From contig OY970303.1 in the NCBI GenBank assembly GCA_963716255.1, positions 4,352,001 through 4,416,000 on the forward strand: a stretch of DNA of 64,000 bases, given 5' to 3'. This DNA is from an uncultured Gemmatimonadales bacterium. Lineage in GTDB: Bacteria; Gemmatimonadota; Gemmatimonadetes; Longimicrobiales; Longimicrobiaceae. Within the stretch, counting starts at the first letter, position 1, and every line of letters begins with the position of its first letter. Under the pieces are notes generated by a model. It made no database searches. It was not told where the DNA came from and saw only the letters and a program-made list of their open reading frames with translations. Shown in pieces: positions 30,998 through 42,622 of the stretch. The translations under genes and the position numbers were made by a program.

Positions 30998-32185
30998 ATG
31001 CGTTCGATCCGTACCCTTCTCCTCGTCGGCTCGGCCGCGGCACTCGCGGCCTGCGCCGATCAGGGGGAGACCCCGGTCGCCAGCGTCGGCACACTCGCTC
31101 CGGTCTATTCCGCGGCAGACCAGTCGAGAGCCATCAAAGGGGAGTACATCGTGGTCCTCAAGGAGGATGCGAACCCCCGCGCGGTGGCCGCCCTTTCCAA
31201 AGTGAGTCCCGAGTACGTCTACACCACGGCGCTCAAGGGATTCTCGGTCTCGCTGAACGAGGGGCAGCTGAACGCGCTCCGCAACAACCCGAACGTGGAG
31301 TTCATCGAGGAGAACCAGGAGGTCTCGGTCGCGGCCACGCAGGCGGGGGCCACCTGGGGTCTGGACCGGACCGACCAGCGCAACCTGCCGCTGAGCACCT
31401 CGTTCACCTACCTGAACACCGGACTCGGCGTCAACGCGTACATCATCGACACGGGCATCAACTTCAGCCACGTGGAGTTCGCCGGGCGCGCCTCCACCGG
31501 CTACGACGCGGTCACGCTGGGCGGCACCGCGGCGGACTGCCAGGGGCACGGGACGCACGTCGCCGGGACCGTGGGAGGGCTGACCTGGGGGATCGCCAAG
31601 ACGGTCAACCTCAAGGCCGTGCGCGTGCTCAACTGCAGCGGATCGGGCACCAACGCCCAGGTCGCCGCAGGAATGGACTGGGTGGCGGCCAACCACGTGA
31701 AGCCGGCGGTCGCCAACATGTCGCTGGGCGGCGGGGCCTCCACCGTGGTCGACGCCGCGACCAACGGGATGATCAACGCCGGCGTCACCGTGGTCGTCGC
31801 CGCGGGCAACGGCAACTTCCTCGGCATCGCCCAGAACGCCTGCAACTACTCGCCGGCGCGTGTGCCCAACGCCATCACGGTCGGCGCCACCACCAGCACC
31901 GACGCCAAGGCCTCGTACTCCAACTACGGGACCTGCCTGGACATCTTCGCGCCGGGCTCCAGCATCACCTCGGCGAACCACGCCAACAACACCGGCTCCA
32001 AGGTCCTGAGCGGCACCTCCATGGCCGCCCCGCACGTGACCGGCGTGGCCGCCCTGTACCTCCAGAGCAACCCCACGGCGACGCCGCAGCAGGTGCGCGA
32101 CGCCCTGGTCGCCAACTCCACCCCGAGCAAGGTCACCTCGCCCGGCTCCGGCTCTCCCAACCGGCTCCTCTTCAGCAGCTACTGA
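30998..32185 (+). CDS. S8A proteinase K/aqualysin-like lipoprotein protease 1 (I9 propeptide)
   Basis: Lipobox LAAC; WGLDR, IIDTG, GHGTHVAG, SGTSMAAPHV. Confidence 0.95.
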   Translation: MRSIRTLLLVGSAAALAACADQGETPVASVGTLAPVYSAADQSRAIKGEYIVVLKEDANPRAVAALSKVSPEYVYTTALKGFSVSLNEGQLNALRNNPNVEFIEENQEVSVAATQAGATWGLDRTDQRNLPLSTSFTYLNTGLGVNAYIIDTGINFSHVEFAGRASTGYDAVTLGGTAADCQGHGTHVAGTVGGLTWGIAKTVNLKAVRVLNCSGSGTNAQVAAGMDWVAANHVKPAVANMSLGGGASTVVDAATNGMINAGVTVVVAAGNGNFLGIAQNACNYSPARVPNAITVGATTSTDAKASYSNYGTCLDIFAPGSSITSANHANNTGSKVLSGTSMAAPHVTGVAALYLQSNPTATPQQVRDALVANSTPSKVTSPGSGSPNRLLFSSY

Positions 32186-32301
32186 GCGCAGTGAAGCAGT
32201 ACCCGTCCTGCGCACGGCAGCGCGCGGGACGGTAGCGGCGCAGTCAGCCGCGCCGGGATGTCCCCGGCGCGCTGAGACCCCCCCCACCAGGGAAGAAGAC
32301 C

Positions 32302-33798
<1,497 letters not shown>

Positions 33799-33816
33799 TC
33801 CATTCCCTGGGCGCAA

Positions 33817-33854
33817 CGCTCCTCCCCGGACCCGCGCGGGTCCGGGGAGGAGCG
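33817..33854. repeat. Perfect 38-bp palindrome, probable terminator or stabilising hairpin
   Basis: cgctcctccccggacccgc|gcgggtccggggaggagcg, 19 bp after the stop. Confidence 0.8.
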
Positions 33855-33997
33855 GGCCCCTGGGCCCGAAAGAGGAGGACACGCTTCCGCACCCGGCTCG
33901 GAACCGGCCCCCACCAGGGGGAGAAGTGCCGCTTTGAACGCAGTCCCTCGTGGTAGACGTATCCAACCGTTCCACACCACAACGAGAGGCAAACACC

Positions 33998-35155
<1,158 letters not shown>

Positions 35156-35176
35156 GCTCCGGATCCGGCAGGACGG

Positions 35177-35206
35177 AGAGGGCCGCGGCGCACGCCGCGG
35201 CCCTCT
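35177..35206 (+). terminator. Hairpin terminator after protease 3
   Basis: agagggccgcggcg-ca-cgccgcggccctct. Confidence 0.65.
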
Positions 35207-35260
35207 TCGCATTTCCGTACCGGTTTGGTGCACCTCGCGCATCACCCGGGTTCGCCGGGC

Positions 35261-35307
35261 AGCACCATAATGGTGCGTGCGCCGCCGAATTGCACCAAAG
35301 CAGGACG
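35261..35307 (+). promoter_or_regulatory. Paired NtrC-type enhancer sites
   Basis: AGCACCATAATGGTGCG (35261) and TGCACCAAAGCAGGACG (35291), 30 bp apart. Confidence 0.7.
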
Positions 35308-35370
35308 TGGGCACTGTGTGAGCGCAAATGCAAACCGTTGCAGATAATATGTTTGGCGTTCGGTAGAGTT

Positions 35371-35386
35371 TGGCGCGGCACCTGCT
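35371..35386 (+). promoter_or_regulatory. Sigma-54 (-24/-12) promoter upstream of subtilase 4
   Basis: TGGCGCG-GCAC-CTGCT, GG-N10-GC. Confidence 0.7.
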
Positions 35387-35441
35387 TTGGAGGGGGCGTC
35401 ACAACCCCGTTCGTGTCCCATTCCATTCCAGGAGTACACCC

Positions 35442-36761
35442 TTGAAGCGACTCGCCATCATCGCCGCCAGCGCTCTCGTACTGGCAGGCTGCCAGGACTC
35501 CAGCGACGTCCTCGCCCCCACCGCAACGGCGCCGGAAGCGGCTCCCTCGTTCAGCACCGCGGGGAACGGGGAGTACGTGTCCGGGCAGATCCTCGTCAAG
35601 TTCAGGAGCGGCGCGAACGGCGCCTCGGTGGCGTCGGCCCACGGCGGGAGCCTCAAGAAGGAGATCCTCGACCGGATCTTCGTGATGAAGGTCCCCGCCG
35701 GCCGCGAGCTGAACGTGATCTCCGCGCTCTCGCACAACCCGAACGTGGAGTTCGCCGAGCCCGACTACATCCGCACCTACGGGCTGCCGTGCTCGCTGGG
35801 CGACTGCGTGGCCCCGCTGGACACGTACTTCGGCTACAAGTGGGACCACAACAACGACGGCACGCTCAACACCACCACCGGCGCGCTGGTGGTGAACACC
35901 GGCAAGGTGGACGCCGACATCGACTGGCTCGAGGCCCACCAGCAGCTCGGCGCGTTCACGGGCGGCGCGGTGATCGCGATCATCGACACCGGCGTGTTCG
36001 GCGCGCACGTGGACCTCGCCGGGCGGGTGCTCCCCGGCTACGACTTCGTGAACAACGACGCCGACCCGGCCGACGACGACGGGCACGGCACGCACGTGGC
36101 GGGAATCGCGGCTGCGGGCGGCGACAACAACCTGGGCGTCACGGGTGTCGCCTACGGCCCCAACGTCAAGATCCTGCCGATCAAGGTGTGCGGCCCGAGC
36201 GGGTGCCCGAGCTCCGCCATCGTGAGCGGGATCCGCTACGCCGCCGACAACGGCGCCAACGTGCTCAACCTGAGCCTCGGCGGCCGCTTCGCCACCACCG
36301 CCGAGCAGCAGGCCCTGCAGTACGCCCTGAGCAAGGACGTGCTCCCGTTCTGCGCCACCGGCAACGACGGCTCGAAGACGGCCATCTCGTATCCGGCCAA
36401 GTTCCCGGAGTGCGTGGCGGTGGGCGCGACCGACTGGTTCGACACCAAGGCTTCGTATTCCAACGCCGGCAACGAGATCGACGTGTCCGCGCCCGGCGGC
36501 GACAACGAGAACGTCAACGGCTACAGCTACATCCTCTCCACCTACAACGACGGCGGCTACGGCTTCGTGGCCGGGACCTCCCAGGCGACCCCGCAGGTCA
36601 CCGGCCTCGGCGGGCTCCTGTACGCCACCGGGATGCGCGGCGCGGCCAACATCCGCGCCCGCATCGTGGCCACGGCGGACGACCTGGGCACCAGCGGGTG
36701 GGACAAGAGCTTCGGCGCCGGGCGCATCAACGTGTACCGCGCGATCAACAACCTCCGCTGA
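35442..36761 (+). CDS. S8 thermitase/subtilisin-like lipoprotein protease 4
   Basis: TTG after AGGAG; lipobox LAGC; IIDTG, GHGTHVAG, AGTSQATP. Confidence 0.92.
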   Translation: MKRLAIIAASALVLAGCQDSSDVLAPTATAPEAAPSFSTAGNGEYVSGQILVKFRSGANGASVASAHGGSLKKEILDRIFVMKVPAGRELNVISALSHNPNVEFAEPDYIRTYGLPCSLGDCVAPLDTYFGYKWDHNNDGTLNTTTGALVVNTGKVDADIDWLEAHQQLGAFTGGAVIAIIDTGVFGAHVDLAGRVLPGYDFVNNDADPADDDGHGTHVAGIAAAGGDNNLGVTGVAYGPNVKILPIKVCGPSGCPSSAIVSGIRYAADNGANVLNLSLGGRFATTAEQQALQYALSKDVLPFCATGNDGSKTAISYPAKFPECVAVGATDWFDTKASYSNAGNEIDVSAPGGDNENVNGYSYILSTYNDGGYGFVAGTSQATPQVTGLGGLLYATGMRGAANIRARIVATADDLGTSGWDKSFGAGRINVYRAINNLR

Positions 36762-36945
36762 TCGCCGGAGGCGGGTGCGAACGGGCGGGCCGGGGGATGT
36801 CCCCGGCCCGCTCGCGCGTTGAAGCCGGTGCAGTGCAAGTAATTCCAGACACGGAGCATAAAGAGCGACACACATTGCGTGTGGGCTGTGCGAAACGTAT
36901 CTTGAGAATTCTCCTCATCGGCCACGGAACCGTACCAGACGTGCA

Positions 36946-38289
36946 TTGAAGGTACTCCTTCTCGACGCGGACCGCGCGGTCGTTCGAACGATCGAACCGG
37001 AGCTGAACGGCGCCCGGCTCCAGGCCGCGCACGGCCAGGCCGAGGGCCTGCGCATGCTCCGTGAAGGCGGATGGGACCTGATCCTGCTCGACGCGGGGTT
37101 CTCCGGGGCGGGGATGGAGCTGCTGCGGCGGCTCCGCGCGGACACCTCCACGCCGCCGGTGGTGCTGCTGACCGCCGAGCCCTCGGTGGACCTGATGCTG
37201 GAGGCGATCGGCGAGGGCGCGCACGAAGTGCTCCCCAAACCGGTGCAGCCGGGGATGCTGCGCGGCATCGTGCACTCCATCGCCCGCGCCGGGACGATCC
37301 GGCCGCTCTCCGCCGCGCCCGCGGTGGAGGACGCCATCGTGGGCTCCAGCCAGGAGATGCTCTCGGCGTTCTCGTCGGTGGCGCGCGCGGCGGCCAGCGA
37401 TGCGACGGTGCTGGTGCTGGGGGAGAGCGGAACGGGCAAGGAGATGATCGCCCGGGTCCTGCACGCCCGCTCGCGCCGGGCAAAGGGCGCTTTCGTGGCC
37501 ATCAACTGTGCGGCGATCCCCGAGAACCTGCTGGAATCGGAGCTGTTCGGGCACGAGAAGGGCGCGTTCACGGGCGCCATCGGCCGCCGGATCGGCCGGT
37601 TCGAGCGCGCGACCGGCGGCACGCTCTTCCTGGACGAGATCGGCGACATGTCGCTGGCCCTCCAGTCCAAGATCCTCCGCGCCCTGCAGGAGCGCGAGAT
37701 CGAGCGGGTGGGCGGCGAGGCGCCGGTCCCCATCGACGTGCGGATCGTCGCGGCCACCAACCGCGACCTCAAGGCCGCAGTGGACGAGGGCACCTTCCGC
37801 ACCGACCTGTACTACCGGCTGGCGGTGGTCACCCTGCACCTTCCCGCGCTGCGCGAGCGCGGCGAGGACATGGACCGGCTGGTGGAGCACTTCGTCGCGC
37901 AGTACGCCCGCCAGCACGGCAAGCCCATCCGCGGCATCTCCGAAGAGCTGTTCAAGGTGCTCCGCACCTACCGCTGGCCGGGGAACGTCCGCCAGCTCCG
38001 CAACGTAGTGGAGCGGGCGGTGGTGATGTGCAGCGGCGACGTCCTCCTCCCGCAGCACCTCCCCGGGGAGGTCTCGCAGCCGGCGCCCCGCACGCTGGAC
38101 GAGGACCTCGCGGAGGGGCCGCTCTGCACGCTCCAGGAGATGGAGCGGCGCTACATCCGCCGGGCCATCCGGGAGACGGGGAACAACCTGACGCTGGCGG
38201 CGGAGAGGCTTGGGATCCACCGCAACACGCTGCGACGGAAGATGGCCGAGTACGGGCTGGACCGTGGGATGATTTTTGCCGGGGAGTAG
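36946..38289 (+). CDS. Sigma-54-dependent response regulator (REC-AAA+-HTH, NtrC family)
   Basis: GESGTGKE, ELFGHEKGAFTGA, LFLDEIG, WPGNVRQL, HTH LGIHRNTLRRK. Confidence 0.95.
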   Translation: MKVLLLDADRAVVRTIEPELNGARLQAAHGQAEGLRMLREGGWDLILLDAGFSGAGMELLRRLRADTSTPPVVLLTAEPSVDLMLEAIGEGAHEVLPKPVQPGMLRGIVHSIARAGTIRPLSAAPAVEDAIVGSSQEMLSAFSSVARAAASDATVLVLGESGTGKEMIARVLHARSRRAKGAFVAINCAAIPENLLESELFGHEKGAFTGAIGRRIGRFERATGGTLFLDEIGDMSLALQSKILRALQEREIERVGGEAPVPIDVRIVAATNRDLKAAVDEGTFRTDLYYRLAVVTLHLPALRERGEDMDRLVEHFVAQYARQHGKPIRGISEELFKVLRTYRWPGNVRQLRNVVERAVVMCSGDVLLPQHLPGEVSQPAPRTLDEDLAEGPLCTLQEMERRYIRRAIRETGNNLTLAAERLGIHRNTLRRKMAEYGLDRGMIFAGE

Positions 38290-38506
38290 GGCCGTCCACT
38301 TCACATCGGCGGAGACGGTGACGGACCCCGCATCTTGCGATCGTTCATAGGTCTGCTTATCGTAACGGGTTGACAACTTCCTGCGCCGGTCGCCGGCCCG
38401 GTCAGAAGTCTGCCCGTGACGGCCTGCTTCGTAGTGGGACTCGCCCACGTGGTGTTGCCCTTCCGTAGTGGTCTCCGCCCAATCCCATTTTCCCGGAGGA
38501 GGTCCG

Positions 38507-39088
38507 ATGCATCGGATCGCAAGGAAGCTCGTCCCCGTGCTGGCACTTCTCGCCCTTTTCGCCGGCTCCGGCTGCGCGGACCGGGGGGTACCCACGGCGC
38601 TCGCGCCCGCCGCCGTGCCGTCCTTCGGCCAGGGGGGCTCGCCGAACCTCGACTCGATCGCGACCTTCCGGCAGCACCGGTCCGTCAGCATCGCGTGGGC
38701 CAAGAAGTGGATCGGCCCGGAGGGCGGGCGGCTCGACTTCAAGGGGTTCGCGATCGTCGTTCCCGCCGGGGCTGTGGACCGGGTGACGCAGTTCTCCATC
38801 ACCCTGCCGGTCGATCCGCACGGATCGGAGCACGTCGTCGCGGAGTTCGGGCCGCACAACCGGCAGTTCGCCCAGCCGGTCACCGTCGAGCTGCCTTTCC
38901 TGGGCACCTCCATCGAGGGAAGCGTGACGCCGACCATCGTCTCGTGGAACGACCTGTGGGTGGACAAGGGCGCGTCGCCCACCACGGACGGCCGGCGCCT
39001 GAAGACGCAGACGTATGACCTGACTACGTTCGCCACGAGCGACGTCTTCACGACGCGGGGTGGTTCAATAACCGTCTCGGGCGGCTGA
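38507..39088 (+). CDS. Lipoprotein with ZU5-like domain
   Basis: GGAGGAGG RBS; signal ending GSGC; IGPEGGRL..IVVPAGAV..EFGPH..FAQPVTVELP pattern. Confidence 0.7.
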   Translation: MHRIARKLVPVLALLALFAGSGCADRGVPTALAPAAVPSFGQGGSPNLDSIATFRQHRSVSIAWAKKWIGPEGGRLDFKGFAIVVPAGAVDRVTQFSITLPVDPHGSEHVVAEFGPHNRQFAQPVTVELPFLGTSIEGSVTPTIVSWNDLWVDKGASPTTDGRRLKTQTYDLTTFATSDVFTTRGGSITVSGG

Positions 39089-39098
39089 ATCGAACGGG

Positions 39099-40418
39099 GT
39101 GGGCGTGAGTCGATCCGAAGCAACACTCGAAGAACTGTTCGCCGTCCTCCCCGAGCTGGAGGAGCTCGAGCTGCTGCGTCTCGCCCTCGTCGGGATCGCG
39201 ATCCTCGATCCCGCCAAGGAATGGGACAGCTCCAGCGCGTACGCGACGATCGACAAGCGAATCGTTACGCTGGACGGGATCGAGAGGGCGGTCGATGAAT
39301 CCGAGGAGAGCCTTCACCGGTACGTCGAGTCGCTGTTCGGGGGGCTCCGGCCGCTGGTCCGCGCCTACTGGTCGGGCGACAGCCTCCTCACCGTTCGTCA
39401 CCTGATCGAGCTGGGCGACCGGCAGGAGCAGGAAGGGCTGTACCGCAAAGCCCGCCACTGCTACGACGTCGCCCTGTCGCTCTCCCTGCCGCTCTCCGAC
39501 AAGTCCCTCCAGATCCTGGCTCTGCGCCGCATCGCGCGCGTTGCCTTCGCGCTGGGAGACCTGTACCAGGCGCAGGCGTACTACCAGCGCAGCGCCGAGC
39601 TCGCGCACGATTCGGGCAACGTCGAGAGCGAGATCATCGGCAGGACCGGGCTCGGCAACGTCCGGACTCTCCAGGGGCAGTGGGCCGAGGCGGAGCACTT
39701 CTACCGCACGGCGCTCGCGCTGGCCGATGGAATCGGGGACGACGGCGCCCTGCAGCTGGAGCGGGCGCAGCTGTACAACAACCTGGGCAACGTCTCCACC
39801 CGTCAGATGCACCTGGAGGAGGCGGAGGGGTGGTTCGAGAAGGCGCTCGCCCTGTGGGCCGTGATCCCGTCGGCATACGACCGGGCCGTCTGCCACCACA
39901 ACCGCGCGCTTCTCCGGGACGCGCACGGGCGGCGGGCCGAAGCCCGGGAGATCTACCTCCAGGCGCTCAACACTCCGATCCCCCCCGGTCTGTGGTCGGC
40001 GATCGCGATCGACCTCGCCGAGTCCCATCTCCGCGACGGGAACATGTCGCAGGCCGAGGAGTGGGGACGGGCGGCGGAGGAGCGGGCGATCGCGGCCCGG
40101 TCGCCGTACTTCCTGGGCCGGATGTACCACGGCCGGGGAAACATCGCGCGCGCGCAGGCGGACGAGGGCGGCTTCATCTTCTTCGAGAAGTCGCTCCAGA
40201 TCGCGCGGGAGAAGGGCTACCCGCTGCTCGAAGGCGAGACCCTGGTCGACTACGCGCTCCTCCGCGTCCAGACCGGCGGAACCGACGAGGCGCAGGCGTA
40301 CCTGGAGCGCGCCCGCGAGATCTTCCGCGAGCTGGGAGCGATGCACGAGCTGTCGCGCGCGGACATGGCGCTGCGCGACCTGCGCGGAGACCAGGAGCTG
40401 GCCGCTGCCGCCAGCTGA
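39099..40418 (+). CDS. Cytoplasmic tetratricopeptide-repeat protein
   Basis: Repeated helical motifs (AQAYYQRSAELA, GLGNV, YNNLGNV, WFEKALAL); no signal peptide. Confidence 0.85.
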   Translation: MGVSRSEATLEELFAVLPELEELELLRLALVGIAILDPAKEWDSSSAYATIDKRIVTLDGIERAVDESEESLHRYVESLFGGLRPLVRAYWSGDSLLTVRHLIELGDRQEQEGLYRKARHCYDVALSLSLPLSDKSLQILALRRIARVAFALGDLYQAQAYYQRSAELAHDSGNVESEIIGRTGLGNVRTLQGQWAEAEHFYRTALALADGIGDDGALQLERAQLYNNLGNVSTRQMHLEEAEGWFEKALALWAVIPSAYDRAVCHHNRALLRDAHGRRAEAREIYLQALNTPIPPGLWSAIAIDLAESHLRDGNMSQAEEWGRAAEERAIAARSPYFLGRMYHGRGNIARAQADEGGFIFFEKSLQIAREKGYPLLEGETLVDYALLRVQTGGTDEAQAYLERAREIFRELGAMHELSRADMALRDLRGDQELAAAAS

Positions 40419-40440
40419 ACCGCTTCCGCGCAGACGCGCG

Positions 40441-40473
40441 AACGGCGAGCCCACGGGGCTCGCCGTTTTTTTT
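40441..40473 (+). terminator. Rho-independent terminator
   Basis: aacggcgagccc-acg-gggctcgccgtt followed by T run. Confidence 0.85.
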
Positions 40474-40637
40474 GCCGCCGTTTGACTTTCCGGTACCCGG
40501 CGCGAAGATTGCGCGTCCTACCCACGATCGCAAGGAAACTCGTGAGCGGGCTCGCAGCGGGCCGGCGCCTTCCCGGCACCGGCGGGGGCGCGCTCCCGCC
40601 GCCTTTCCACAACCGGCCGTCCCCGGCCCGCAGCAAC

Positions 40638-42437
40638 GTGCCCCGACGACTTCGCGCTCCGCTCATCGCCGTCCCACTCGCGGCCTCGCTCTTCGCGGCC
40701 GCGGCGAGCGAGCCGTCGTCCGCGCAGCAGCACGACACCATTCCCGCCGCCGCCGACTCCGCCGCCGGGTGCGCCCGCATCTCTGAGTTGTTCGTCGACA
40801 ACCACCGCGTCTTCGACCCCACCGACTCCGATCTGGACCCGCGCTTCGCCTGGGCGTACGGCTTCGCCAACCGCCTGCACGTCGCCACGCGGGAAGCGGT
40901 GATCCGCCGGGAGATCCTGTTCCGCGAGGGGCAGTGCTACTCCACCGAGCTGCTGCTGGACTCCGAGCGCCTCCTCCGCACCACCTCCTTCATCGCCGAC
41001 GCGGACATCTACGGCATCCGCCAGCCCGACGGCAGCTACCACGTCATCGTGGACACCAGCGACGAGTGGTCCACCCGACTGGAGCCGCGCGTGGACGCGC
41101 GGGGCGGCGGGCTGGCCGGGATGGAGCTGCGCGAGGACAACCTGCTGGGCTCGGGGCAGCAGGTGGCGGCGTACTGGGGGGAGCAGTACGACGAGCCCAT
41201 CTACGGGGCGTCGTACGCCACGCCGCAGCTCCTGGGGACGCTGCTGGACGCCGAGCTGGCGGTGGCGAAGACCGCCAACGGGACCCTCTTCTCGCAGTCG
41301 CTGGCGTACCCGTTCCGCGGCGAGGCCGGGCACTGGGCGTGGCGGCAGCGGGTGGAGCACGAGGACCGCTACTTCGAGTACCTGGCCCCGGGCGATGACG
41401 GTCTGGTGCGGGTGCTCTTCCCCGAGCGCCGCCGGCTGATGGACGTGGGCGGGGTGCTCCGCCTGGGCCGAAGGGGGAGCCTCACCCTGCTGGGCGCCGC
41501 GCTCACGGGAGAGTGGATCATCTACCCGGGGGGAATGCGCTTCGCCGACCGCGACGAGGAGACCGGGACCAACGTGCCGCTGCTGGGGCTGACCCCGGCG
41601 AGCTTCGACACCGTTTCCAGCGTGCGGGCGGTGTTCCTGGCGGCGCAGCGGAGCGTGTATTTCGTCCGCCGCAGCTCGCTGGACGCGGTGCGGGGGGTCG
41701 AGGACGTGCGGATGGGCGTGGAGGCCGAGATCGCCGTGGGGCGCAGCCTCAGCGCCTTCTCCACCGACGACGACCTGTCGCTCAACCTGGGGCTGGAGAT
41801 GACCGGGGAGCCGGCACCGGGGCTGCTTTCCGGCGGGCAGCTTCTGTTGGAGGGGAAGCGCGACTACGGGGCGCCGCTGGGGAGCTGGGAGTGGCGCAAC
41901 GTCTTCGGGCAGGTGGACGCGTGGGCGTACTGGCGCCCCTCGCCGGAGTCGCGGCACACGCTGGTGGGCGCCTTTTCCGCGGCGGGCGGGTGGCGCACCA
42001 CCGTCCCCTTCCAGCTCACCCTGGGGAACCGCTCCGGGCTGCGCGGGCTGCCGCGGCACGCGGCCACCGGGTCGCGCCGGGCGGTGGCGTCGCTGGAGGA
42101 CCGCTTCTTTTTGGGATGGCCGTACCCGCAGCTGTTCGACCTGGGGGGCGCGGCGTTCGTGGACGTGGGGCGGAGCTGGGCGGGGGGGAGCTACGGCACG
42201 GACCCGCGCTTCCACGCCAGCGCAGGGGTGGGGCTGCGCGCCGCGTTCCCGCCGGGGTCGCGGCGCACCTACCGGCTGGACGTGGCGGTGCCGGTGGCGG
42301 GCGGCGGCGGCCTCGGCGACGTGGAGGTGTCCATCGGGGTGGGGCAGGCGATCGGGCGGGTGATGCGGGACGACCCGCAGATCCGGCGCAGCTCGAGGCG
42401 GACTCTGTCGGCGTCGCTGTTCACGTTTCCCAACTGA
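40638..42437 (+). CDS. Omp85/BamA-TamA-like outer membrane protein with one POTRA-like domain
   Basis: Signal peptide; TREAVIRREILFREG..SERLLR (POTRA-like), EDNLLGSG, LRG motif, AFVDVGRSW, SAGVGLR; start uncertain. Confidence 0.75.
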   Translation: MPRRLRAPLIAVPLAASLFAAAASEPSSAQQHDTIPAAADSAAGCARISELFVDNHRVFDPTDSDLDPRFAWAYGFANRLHVATREAVIRREILFREGQCYSTELLLDSERLLRTTSFIADADIYGIRQPDGSYHVIVDTSDEWSTRLEPRVDARGGGLAGMELREDNLLGSGQQVAAYWGEQYDEPIYGASYATPQLLGTLLDAELAVAKTANGTLFSQSLAYPFRGEAGHWAWRQRVEHEDRYFEYLAPGDDGLVRVLFPERRRLMDVGGVLRLGRRGSLTLLGAALTGEWIIYPGGMRFADRDEETGTNVPLLGLTPASFDTVSSVRAVFLAAQRSVYFVRRSSLDAVRGVEDVRMGVEAEIAVGRSLSAFSTDDDLSLNLGLEMTGEPAPGLLSGGQLLLEGKRDYGAPLGSWEWRNVFGQVDAWAYWRPSPESRHTLVGAFSAAGGWRTTVPFQLTLGNRSGLRGLPRHAATGSRRAVASLEDRFFLGWPYPQLFDLGGAAFVDVGRSWAGGSYGTDPRFHASAGVGLRAAFPPGSRRTYRLDVAVPVAGGGGLGDVEVSIGVGQAIGRVMRDDPQIRRSSRRTLSASLFTFPN

Positions 42438-42470
42438 GGGCAGAATTTAGTGGAACGGATTGAAGGGCGA

Positions 42471-42603
42471 GGTTCGGGCGTGCCCCCGGCTGCGCCGGGG
42501 TCGGGCTTCGGCTCCGTAACGCACGAAACAACCGTGCGTAACGGAGTCGAGCCCGCGCAAACAGCCGCGCGGTCTCGCCCCTTCGGGCCGGAATCCCTCA
42601 CGC
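42471..42603 (-). repeat. Repeat family A copy 5
   Basis: Direct sequence match. Confidence 0.95.
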
Positions 42604-42622
42604 GGGTTTCGCGCGTGCGGCG

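Noticed and set aside
35442..36761. Protease 4 as inactive because of GTSQ instead of GTSM
   Set aside because: The Asp, His and Ser triad residues are all present; the residue after Ser varies in S8 proteases
38290..38506. Riboswitch or promoter upstream of the ZU5-like lipoprotein
   Set aside because: TTGACA at 38370 has no matching -10 and no known riboswitch core was recognisable by eye
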